Source: Candidatus Pacearchaeota archaeon
GTDB taxonomy: Archaea > Nanobdellota > Nanobdellia > Pacearchaeales > GW2011-AR1
Assembly (NCBI GenBank): GCA_050124795.1
Contig: JASFEO010000020.1
Span: forward strand, 1 to 14,749
Reading direction: 5' to 3'
Length of the DNA: 14,749 bases
Shown here in pieces: positions 5,919 to 13,451 of the stretch. Position 1 is the stretch's first letter. Every line of letters starts with the position of its first letter. The position numbers were made by a program, and so were the translations under genes. The notes below the pieces were generated by a model. The model was given only the letters and a program-made list of their open reading frames with translations. It made no database searches and had not been told where the DNA came from.

Positions 5919-7469
5919 CTACTTTTTCTCTTTTTTCTTTTTCTCACTCAACAAACTTTTCTTTATCACATAACTCGCAGGATTTTTTATTCTGCTGCAA
6001 AATTCATCTGGCGCGCAAACTCCAATTCCCTGATAAAACTCCTTGCAATTTGAAGGCATTATTGGCTTTTTCTTGTAAGCCCATGAAAGCTGAGTTGTTA
6101 TGTAGCCTTCTTTTAACGGTGGATTATTTTTTTTATTCCACTTAAAAATTCTTTTTTCCATTTCTTCACTTTCCATTCCAATGCTCCTGAATAAATTAAT
6201 CATTACAAAAAGTGCGCGTTTCTTTCCGTCGACAAGACCATTTAAAATATTTTTTAAGCAAGGGGGAAAATTTTCTTTATTAATTTCATCAAGTTTAATT
6301 GGTTTGTAATCAACATATTTTCCTGTTACATTCATCTGTGTTTCTCCAACTCTTACTTCATTTTCTTTTGTCCAGTCAAGTGCCTGCATGACAAGTTCCC
6401 TTGCTTCACCTTCTTTTGCTGTTGGCATAAAATTTTTTGGAACAACTTTCATTGGGTCTGCATTGCGAAATTCAAAACTATCAATTTCTTCAGGATTTAT
6501 CACAACACTTGCAAGTGCAGTTTTTTCATGAAGTGAATATGGCGTCCTAAACAAATGCCGGGGAGAAACAAGCAAAATATCCAAACCCATAAGTTCAAAT
6601 AAATCCTCTTCAATCACTTCTGAGAACTTCCCTAACTTTTTTCTTTTATTAAAATTGTCTGAAGTTGAATTGCATTTACTGCATTCAGAGATTTCCTTTT
6701 CAGATTTTTTTATTAATTCTCTTTTGCACTGGGGACAAAAATATTTTTTTTCATTATCATAATTAAAAATTTTCCTGTGTTCAGAAATCCTGCAGAATTG
6801 GCAGTGAAATTCAACCTGCTTAAAATGCTCTGCAATCTGGCTGCACTCCAAACATCTTATTCCTTTTTTTATTTTTGTATTTTTAAAATGCCTGTGAAAA
6901 TTATCTGGCAAATTTTTTCTTAATTTTTTTTCAGCCTCAAATTCAATATAAGAAATTATTTTTTTTGGCAAATCAGGAAAAAGATTTTTTGTTTTTTCTT
7001 CACCGATATTTTCTGGAAAAGATTTCCACGGAACTAAAATATGCCAGCCTTTTGAGCCGGAAAATTTCAACCCAATATTTTTAACACCATGTTCATTTAA
7101 AACTTCAATAATTATTTTTGCAGCAAGTTTTGAATAATCAAACCACTGGCAGTCAATATCAATTAATAAATCCCAGCCAATTCGCAAATCATTTGCCCGC
7201 CCTTCAGTCATGCCTGTTTCTATTTCCAATGGATTTTCCCATAATTCCTCAGAACAATTAAATGAAGTTGCTCCTTTTTTTACAAGTTCAAAAATATCCC
7301 CCAAATACTGAAAAGAATCTGGTCGTTTTCCAAACCCTTCAAAATAACGGGGAGAAATCTCCCGATTTTTAGAAAATTCAAAAATTGCTTTTTGCACATC
7401 ACGGCGCGAATAATAAAGATGAGTAATTTTTCTAATCTTCTCCTCCATTGCTTTTGTAAGATTTGCCAT
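5919..7469 (-). CDS. priS: Fused archaeal DNA primase (PriS catalytic domain + PriL C-terminal Fe-S-like domain), 516 aa
   Basis: PriS motifs WDLLIDID, KFSGSKGWH and RHLFRTPYSLHEKT. PriL-CTD motifs FPPC...GKKR...C...GVC.PDEFC..IKNP..Y. A single-chain PriS-PriL fusion is an established DPANN trait. Confidence 0.92.
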   Translation of the reverse strand: MANLTKAMEEKIRKITHLYYSRRDVQKAIFEFSKNREISPRYFEGFGKRPDSFQYLGDIFELVKKGATSFNCSEELWENPLEIETGMTEGRANDLRIGWDLLIDIDCQWFDYSKLAAKIIIEVLNEHGVKNIGLKFSGSKGWHILVPWKSFPENIGEEKTKNLFPDLPKKIISYIEFEAEKKLRKNLPDNFHRHFKNTKIKKGIRCLECSQIAEHFKQVEFHCQFCRISEHRKIFNYDNEKKYFCPQCKRELIKKSEKEISECSKCNSTSDNFNKRKKLGKFSEVIEEDLFELMGLDILLVSPRHLFRTPYSLHEKTALASVVINPEEIDSFEFRNADPMKVVPKNFMPTAKEGEARELVMQALDWTKENEVRVGETQMNVTGKYVDYKPIKLDEINKENFPPCLKNILNGLVDGKKRALFVMINLFRSIGMESEEMEKRIFKWNKKNNPPLKEGYITTQLSWAYKKKPIMPSNCKEFYQGIGVCAPDEFCSRIKNPASYVIKKSLLSEKKKKEKK

Positions 7470-7552
7470 AAACTAATAAATTAGAAGAAGTTTAAATTAT
7501 TTATTGTGATAAAAAAATTTACTAAAACAAAATCTTATTTTAATTAGGATAA

Positions 7553-7864
7553 TTAAAAACCACAATAATTTTCAAAAGCAACTGCGGGGCCAATATCACC
7601 TTCAAACTTGCATGCTTCATCCAAGCCTCTTGGAGCAAATTTACTTCCTCTTTTATCTGCAAATTGATATTCGCAACGTTCAGCACTTAAAACATAACTA
7701 AAAATTGAATTAGGCAATCTTCCTTCATCCTCAACTACACTGTGTTGTTTAAAAAATCTGCAACCCTCTTTGTAAGGACACTCAATTGATTTTCTAAATT
7801 CATTACTAAGTTTGTTTAATCGTTCATCATCTTTTGAAAAATACTCTGATTCATCTTCGCTCAT
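7553..7864 (-). CDS. Hypothetical Cys-containing protein, 103 aa
   Basis: ORF fills the intergenic gap. TATA ATTTATAA (7887-7894, minus) starts 30 nt upstream. Contains CPYKEGCRFF plus three more Cys. Confidence 0.7.
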   Translation of the reverse strand: MSEDESEYFSKDDERLNKLSNEFRKSIECPYKEGCRFFKQHSVVEDEGRLPNSIFSYVLSAERCEYQFADKRGSKFAPRGLDEACKFEGDIGPAVAFENYCGF

Positions 7865-7936
7865 AAAAAAATAAACAAATTAAACATTATAAATATTATG
7901 CCATTAAATTATATAATTAAAATCTCAAAGAAATTT

Positions 7937-8374
7937 TTAACTTAAATATTTCTTAGTTGAATCAATAAACTTCTCAAGCTTTTCAGAATACTCTTTTAAT
8001 TTTTCCAAATTAACATCAATTTCTCGTCCCTGAAAAAAAACCTTCAGATTAACATTTTTTCTAAACTCCCCGATTCTCTCTTTTCTTAAATCATTAATCC
8101 TCTTGAACATATTATGCAATTCAATAACTTCCAGAAAATTCTTATCCTTCTTCATCACCTTTTTTACCTGCTCAATTCGTCCGATTGGATTTCCTGAAAC
8201 CTCTGAAATCTTTTTCTTTCTCTTAGCCTCCTTTAAAATCTCATTTATGCTTGTCTCAATCATCCTGCTCCATCTCAACAAAAGATTAACAATCACATCA
8301 CAAGTTTTTGTATACTTCAAACTAACATAAAGAAGATGGTCTGCACTGATTTTCTCTTGAATTATTTCTTCCAT
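7937..8374 (-). CDS. Hypothetical helical protein with ADHLLYV motif, 145 aa
   Basis: Clean ORF with SD-like GGGGA upstream. Shares DHLLYV and overall layout with the adjacent ORF. Confidence 0.8.
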   Translation of the reverse strand: MEEIIQEKISADHLLYVSLKYTKTCDVIVNLLLRWSRMIETSINEILKEAKRKKKISEVSGNPIGRIEQVKKVMKKDKNFLEVIELHNMFKRINDLRKERIGEFRKNVNLKVFFQGREIDVNLEKLKEYSEKLEKFIDSTKKYLS

Positions 8375-8443
8375 AAATTAATCCCCATTGAAATTCCCCT
8401 GCGATTAGAATTATCTTTTACAAAGAAAACAGGGTTTTTATAT

Positions 8444-8908
8444 TTAACTCAAGATTACAAATTTTGCTTCCTTAAGGATTTTCTTGGATAAATTCAAAAA
8501 TTCGCGTATTTTTTTAACTGAAACTGTCTCAGATTTCATGCCCTCTGACAAAATAACAATTTTGCCATCTTTAATAAATTCCATTGAACTCTTTTCATGA
8601 AAATCAATTAAATCAAATAAATTAATAATAAGAGAAATCTCTTTTTTGTCTATGCCAAATCTTGATGCGGATTTTTCTTTGAAAACTTTGAAATTCTCTT
8701 CAGGAGTTTTATAGAGTTTGATTTTTTTATAGATATATTCATATTGCAGGATTGAATTTATGCATTTTGCAATTGCGTCTTTTGTATCAGTTAAAATTTT
8801 TAATAAAATCTTTTTATCTTTAACTAGCGGGAAAACAACATAAAGCAAATGATCGCATGAGAAAATTATTTTTTCTGCAGATTGCAAATTCTCAAAAAAT
8901 TTTTCCAT
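8444..8908 (-). CDS. Hypothetical helical protein with CDHLLYV motif (~154 aa); start reassigned to ATG 8908
   Basis: The track start at 8926 is TTG. ATG 8908 (MEKFFENL) lies 31 nt from TATA ATTTATAT (8932-8939, minus). Confidence 0.8.
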   Translation of the reverse strand: MEKFFENLQSAEKIIFSCDHLLYVVFPLVKDKKILLKILTDTKDAIAKCINSILQYEYIYKKIKLYKTPEENFKVFKEKSASRFGIDKKEISLIINLFDLIDFHEKSSMEFIKDGKIVILSEGMKSETVSVKKIREFLNLSKKILKEAKFVILS

Positions 8909-8955
8909 AAGATTATAGAGTTTCAAAGTTCATATAAATTTCTATACTTTTTCAT

Positions 8956-9285
8956 TCACGAAAGTTCCATTATTGCCTCAGCCAAGTCCCCTGTTTTTTC
9001 TAAAGTCTCTCTAGCTTCTTCTTCACTGCATCCGGTTTTTTCAACAATAGTTTGAATGTCCTCTTCACTTATTCCGACTTCTGCTTCAACTTCTGAAATC
9101 TCCCCTGCAATTTGAAAAGTCTCCTGCCCCTGCATTTTCACTTTTGTTACCGACGGGTTTTCAATAATAATTTTAGAATTATCTTCCTTTTCAATAATAA
9201 CTCTCACTGCATCAATTTCTTCCTGAGCAATTCCCATCTGCTTCATAACAGCCTGCATTTTTTTTGGATTTATTCCCGGAAACAT
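8956..9285 (-). CDS. nac: Archaeal nascent polypeptide-associated complex protein (NAC domain + UBA-like tail), 109 aa
   Basis: MFPGINPKKMQAVMKQMGI..EEIDA.RVII...IENPSVT...GQETFQI and C-terminal EEDI..IVEKTG.SEEEARETLE..GDLAEAIMEL. SD-like AGGAG upstream. Confidence 0.95.
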   Translation of the reverse strand: MFPGINPKKMQAVMKQMGIAQEEIDAVRVIIEKEDNSKIIIENPSVTKVKMQGQETFQIAGEISEVEAEVGISEEDIQTIVEKTGCSEEEARETLEKTGDLAEAIMELS

Positions 9286-9428
9286 TTCGCAATTTCTCCT
9301 AAATCTTTTTTAACTGAATCAATAGCATGTTGAGCAAAAGTTTTTCTTTTGTCTATTTCCTCTTGATAAGTTTTTGGAAAATATCTCTTCACTAATTTTG
9401 GAGGCAGACCCTTAAATAAATATTCCAT
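9270..9428 (-). CDS. Small hypothetical protein (52 aa) upstream of and overlapping nac
   Basis: MEYLFKGLPPKLVKRYFPKTYQEEIDKRKTFAQHAIDSVKKDLGEIAKCFRE*. TATA CTATAAAT (9451-9458, minus) starts 30 nt upstream. Overlaps the nac start by 16 nt. Not in the ORF track. Confidence 0.7.
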   Translation of the reverse strand: MEYLFKGLPPKLVKRYFPKTYQEEIDKRKTFAQHAIDSVKKDLGEIAKCFRE

Positions 9429-9469
9429 TTTAATTCTAAAAATTTTACTTATTTATAGTTTGCGGTTAA

Positions 9470-10000
9470 TTATCTTTTGAGCAACCCAGAAAGAAACCTG
9501 TCAAAAATAGGAAGGACATAACCAAACATTCTGTCTTGCGTAACTTCATTTCCTTCAATATGAGTAATGTAAGGAACAACAGAAAGTTTCCCGAAATCAT
9601 TGTTTGATAAAAAAAGATAAAACCCGCCTGTTGTATTCGGGCTCAACGACTGGGATTCTTCATAAGAAACCATTTTATCTACAAATTTCCACATGCGACT
9701 GTCAAGACCTCGTGAAGCTGAGTTAATTTTTACATTCTCGGGGAGAGATAGTTTTTTAATTTCATGCATATCATAAGCAATCTCATTTATCTTTACATCA
9801 TAATCTCCATTAAGAACATTTTTTTCTAAGTCCAATCCCGATGTTTCAAAGATCTCATCTTCTATTCTCGGCACTCTATAAAATCTCTCCCCGCGGGGTG
9901 AATTAAGGGGGTAAATTAAATCTCTGTTAATAGAAGATACAGAAATATCTACAAAAGGTCTACCCGGAATAAAAGTTTTAAGTCGATAATTCTCATCCAT
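9470..10000 (-). CDS. Hypothetical protein (~176 aa); start reassigned to ATG 10000
   Basis: The track start at 10021 is GTG. ATG 10000 (MDENY) lies 30 nt from TATA CTTTAAAT (10023-10030, minus). No recognisable motif. Confidence 0.72.
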   Translation of the reverse strand: MDENYRLKTFIPGRPFVDISVSSINRDLIYPLNSPRGERFYRVPRIEDEIFETSGLDLEKNVLNGDYDVKINEIAYDMHEIKKLSLPENVKINSASRGLDSRMWKFVDKMVSYEESQSLSPNTTGGFYLFLSNNDFGKLSVVPYITHIEGNEVTQDRMFGYVLPIFDRFLSGLLKR

Positions 10001-10064
10001 TATCAAAACATTAAAGAGCACTATTTAAAGATTTATTTATAAGAAAATATATAATGCGAAAGCA

Positions 10065-10226
10065 CTAATAAAACAATCCCAAGAAAACTCTGAATGCAAT
10101 GATCATAATTATAAAAACAATCACATGAATTGGTTTTAGATTTATCTTGCTTGCGTATTCCTCGCTAAACCGCATCAGCCCGCCAAAACCAGCAGGCATA
10201 TTTACTGAGCCGCCTTGTTGTGCCAT
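10065..10226 (-). CDS. secG: Preprotein translocase subunit Sec61-beta/SecG, 53 aa
   Basis: MAQQGGSVNMPAGFGGLMRFSEEYASKINLKPIHVIVFIIMIIAFRVFLGLFY*. The GLMRF.EE...KI.L.P motif plus one C-terminal TM helix is the archaeal Sec61-beta signature. Not in the ORF track. Confidence 0.92.
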   Translation of the reverse strand: MAQQGGSVNMPAGFGGLMRFSEEYASKINLKPIHVIVFIIMIIAFRVFLGLFY

Positions 10227-10248
10227 GACTAATCAAGAAAGAAAGAGT

Positions 10249-10256
10249 TTTTAAAA
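10249..10256. promoter_or_regulatory. Palindromic TATA box probably shared by divergent secG and valS
   Basis: TTTTAAAA lies in a 51-bp gap, 29 nt from the valS ATG and 30 nt from the secG ATG on their respective strands. Confidence 0.65.
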
Positions 10257-10277
10257 GTTTACTTCTTAAAATTTAAC

Positions 10278-12674
10278 ATGGCAAAAAATGAAATTGATTT
10301 TAAGGAAATAAAAAACTGGAATGCAGAAGTAGAAAGTGAGATTACAAAAGAATGGATGAATTCTGAAATGTTTAATTTAAATAAAAAAACAAAAAACAAG
10401 ATCTATTCAATTGATACCCCGCCTCCCTATGTAAATGCTCCAATCCACATTGGCCAGGCAATAACTTACTGCTATATGGATTTTTTTGCAAGATTCAAAA
10501 GAATGAAGGGATTTAGTGTTTTATTTCCTCTTGGTCTTGACAGAAATGGCCTGCCAATTGAAATGGCTGCTGAAAAAAAATTCAAAATTTCTCCATTTAG
10601 GGATGGCCGTGATAAGTTTATTGAAGCGTGTAAAAAGTTATTAGAAGAAACTTCAAATGAAACCCAGGATACATTTTCAAAACTTGGAATATCATTCACT
10701 TCATATAAAGAAGGGGGGCATTTTGGGGCAGTTTACAAAACAGATTCTCCTGAATACAGGAAAGTTACGCAAAGCACATTTATTGAATTATTCAAAAAAG
10801 GATTAGTATATGAGGACACCAGAATAAACAATTGGGACTCAAAATTGCAGACGACAATTGCTGATTCAGAAATCGAATACAAAGATATGATGAGCAATTT
10901 TAATAATGTTAAATGGAAAATAAAGGAAACAGGAGAGGAAATTGTAATCGGAACAACCCGCCCGGAATTAATTGCTACATGCGGAATGGTGATTTTCAAT
11001 CCTAAGGATGAAAGATATAAAAAATTAAAAGGGAAAACTGCAATCTCCCCGATTTTTGAAAAAGAAATTCCAATAAAGACTCACCCATTGGCGCAGATTG
11101 ATAAAGGGACAGGATTGGCCATGATGTGTTCCGCAGGAGACTTGTCAGATATTCAGTTTTTTAGAGAGCAAAATTTAAAGCCTGAAATTGCAATTGAAAA
11201 AGACGGGCGCATGAATAAAATTGCAGGACCTCTTGAAGGATTAAAAGTCAAAGAAGCGCGTGAAAAAATAATTGAATTATTAAAAGAGAAAAATCTTTTA
11301 GTTAAACAAGAGAAAATTTCTCATAGAACTCCTGTGTCTGAGAGAAGCGGGGCAGAGATTGAATTTATAGAAATGCCTGAGTATTATCTAAAGCAGGTTG
11401 AGTTTAAGGAAGACATGAAAAAAATTTCAAATGAAATTAATTTTTATCCAAAACAGGCAAAAAAAATTTTAAATGATTGGATTAATTCTGTTTCAATTGA
11501 CTGGCCGATTTCCCGTCGGCGTTTTTATGCAACTCCGATTCCGTTATGGACTGCAGAAAAAGATGAAAAAAAATTATATGCATTAGGAAAACCAGGGAAT
11601 TATTATGAACCCTGGAAGGAAAAACCTGAAAAAGATTTTGAAGTTTATTCTGAAAATAAAAAAGCAGGAGTTGTAAAAGATTTCAAAGATTTAGAATGGG
11701 TTGGAGAAACAAGAGTTTTTGATACCTGGATGGATTCCTCAATTTCCGAGTTAGTTTTGTTAAAATATAATTCTGATAATGAATTTTTTAATCATGCTTA
11801 TCCATGCTCGCTTCGTCCTCAGGGAAAAGAGATAATCCGAACATGGCTTTACTATACCTTGCTTCGCGGGTTTTTGGAAACCAATAAAAAATGTTTTGAA
11901 GATGTTTGGATTAATCAGCATATTGTTGATTCAACAGGATATAAAATGAGCAAATCAAAAGGAAATGTAATTGACCCGCAAAAATTATTAAAAAATTATG
12001 GAGCAGAAGCAATTCGTTTTTGGGCAGCAACAGAAGGAGATTTGTCAAAGGGAGATTTAAAATGTTCAGAGGAAAGAATCAGAGGAGAATTAAAAACTTT
12101 AAACAAACTAATGAATGTCTCGAAATTTGTTTTCTTGTTTGAAAAACCTAAAAAACCAAATCTTGAAAAACTTGATAAATTGTTTATTGATTATATTGAA
12201 GACTTAACAGAAAAAATCGAGAAAGAATACCACCAGTATGACTTTTATAATCCTGCAATTAGTTTAAGGAATTTTTTATGGGAAATTTTTGCTTCTCATT
12301 ATATTGAGATTATTAAAGGAAGAGCATACAATACAGAAAAAAAATTTTCATACAAAGAAACCAATTCTGCAAGATATACTCTTCATTATATTCTTGAAAG
12401 AACATTGTATTTGCTATATCCGATAATCCCGCAGGTCACAACAACAATTGCAAAAGAAAAAAATATTGACTTGTTAAAATCTGAATTTCCAAAGCCAGAG
12501 AAAGTGAATAGCAATTTAGAATTAGTTGGAAAGATAATTGATTTTAATTCAAAAGTTTGGAAAAAGAAAAAAGATAAAGGTATTAGTTTAAGAAATGAAA
12601 TAAGCGGGGTTAAGGTTCCAAATAAATTAAAAGACTTTGAAAAAGATTTAATTACTGCACACAATTTAGTTTAA
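10278..12674 (+). CDS. valS: Valine--tRNA ligase, archaeal type, 798 aa
   Basis: SIDTPPPY, HIGH-like HIGQ, GTTRPEL, KGTG..M.CS.GD..D editing domain, DWPISRRRFYATPIP, DTWMDSSIS, LRPQGKEIIRTW and KMSKSKGN. Confidence 0.96.
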   Translation: MAKNEIDFKEIKNWNAEVESEITKEWMNSEMFNLNKKTKNKIYSIDTPPPYVNAPIHIGQAITYCYMDFFARFKRMKGFSVLFPLGLDRNGLPIEMAAEKKFKISPFRDGRDKFIEACKKLLEETSNETQDTFSKLGISFTSYKEGGHFGAVYKTDSPEYRKVTQSTFIELFKKGLVYEDTRINNWDSKLQTTIADSEIEYKDMMSNFNNVKWKIKETGEEIVIGTTRPELIATCGMVIFNPKDERYKKLKGKTAISPIFEKEIPIKTHPLAQIDKGTGLAMMCSAGDLSDIQFFREQNLKPEIAIEKDGRMNKIAGPLEGLKVKEAREKIIELLKEKNLLVKQEKISHRTPVSERSGAEIEFIEMPEYYLKQVEFKEDMKKISNEINFYPKQAKKILNDWINSVSIDWPISRRRFYATPIPLWTAEKDEKKLYALGKPGNYYEPWKEKPEKDFEVYSENKKAGVVKDFKDLEWVGETRVFDTWMDSSISELVLLKYNSDNEFFNHAYPCSLRPQGKEIIRTWLYYTLLRGFLETNKKCFEDVWINQHIVDSTGYKMSKSKGNVIDPQKLLKNYGAEAIRFWAATEGDLSKGDLKCSEERIRGELKTLNKLMNVSKFVFLFEKPKKPNLEKLDKLFIDYIEDLTEKIEKEYHQYDFYNPAISLRNFLWEIFASHYIEIIKGRAYNTEKKFSYKETNSARYTLHYILERTLYLLYPIIPQVTTTIAKEKNIDLLKSEFPKPEKVNSNLELVGKIIDFNSKVWKKKKDKGISLRNEISGVKVPNKLKDFEKDLITAHNLV

Positions 12675-12676
12675 AG

Positions 12677-12698
12677 TTGAGTTTATTTAGAGACTCAA
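12677..12698 (+). terminator. Inverted repeat immediately after the valS stop (possible terminator, RNA stabiliser or operator)
   Basis: TTGAGTTT-ATTTAG-AGACTCAA: 8-bp stem with one G-U pair. No clear poly-T follows. Confidence 0.3.
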
Positions 12699-12738
12699 AG
12701 ATATAAATTCTTAAAAACTAATAGATTAGATAAAAGAT

Positions 12739-13056
12739 ATGGAAAATGAAGAATTTGGAAATTTTGAATATAATTCTGTTATGAAGCTTGAGGAGCCTTT
12801 GGAAGATTTTACAGGAAGAAATTCCAGAATGATCTATCTAACTACAAAAGTAGAACTTTCTCCTTCGGGGAACCAAAGTTCATATACAGAAGTTAGAACT
12901 GCAAGTTCATATTATATGGGCCAAATAGATCACAAATGCTTTGAATCCTTAATAGAAACAATCAATCATGCCTTAACAGGACACCAAGTAATAAGAGATA
13001 AGATTAAAAATTTATCAGAAAACAAAGGGACACTGGAAAAAGAATTGACAATATAA
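12739..13056 (+). CDS. Hypothetical protein, 105 aa
   Basis: ORF with TATA CTTAAAAA (12710-12717) starting 29 nt upstream. No recognisable motif. Confidence 0.72.
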   Translation: MENEEFGNFEYNSVMKLEEPLEDFTGRNSRMIYLTTKVELSPSGNQSSYTEVRTASSYYMGQIDHKCFESLIETINHALTGHQVIRDKIKNLSENKGTLEKELTI

Positions 13057-13123
13057 TTCTTAACTCACCAAACTTATTTGTAAGAACACAAATTTATTTA
13101 AACTAAAAACTCATTACATTTTT

Positions 13124-13402
13124 ATGGCAGACAAAACAATTAGTAAAGGTGGACTTAAAGTAAGAATTCTTGAGTTAGATCCAACAATTTCAGGATTGCA
13201 AAAACAATTAGAAAAAGAAAGAGGAAAATATTGCACAGCACACTATAAGGGGGGAAATAGTCAATATCCTGCCCCCGTCAAGTCAGGTAATCTGACTGGG
13301 GTAACAGAATCTGAGATTTATCTTCAGGAAATAACTGACCTTGTTCCTCAGCCAATTCCAACTACGGCTTTAGAATATTTTACTGTTTTTGAAATATTAT
13401 AG
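13124..13402 (+). CDS. Hypothetical protein, possible Sm/LSm-like beta-barrel, 92 aa
   Basis: TATA TATTTAAA (13095-13102) starts 29 nt upstream. Pattern LEKERGKYCTAHY...SGNLTGVTESEIYL...IPTTALEYF. Confidence 0.7.
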   Translation: MADKTISKGGLKVRILELDPTISGLQKQLEKERGKYCTAHYKGGNSQYPAPVKSGNLTGVTESEIYLQEITDLVPQPIPTTALEYFTVFEIL

Positions 13403-13451
13403 CAAATAATTACATAGCAATTATTATAAACTAAATTTTTCTTTATTTACT

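Noticed and set aside
5879-5947. N-terminal extension MRKRKKRKSS... of the MFS ORF
   Set aside because: Begins at GTG inside the primase 3' end. ATG 5878 has a strong SD and a TATA upstream.
8375-8443. Possible structured leader (CCCTG/CAGGG pairing, two GGGG runs on the minus strand) between the DHLLYV paralogues
   Set aside because: Pairings are short, and the G runs are adequately explained as SD-like sequence.
8103-9333. Plus-strand ORFs 8103-8330 and 9112-9333
   Set aside because: Antisense to better-supported minus-strand genes.
10472-12664. Minus-strand ORFs 10472-10699, 10733-10999 and 12386-12664
   Set aside because: Antisense shadows of valS.
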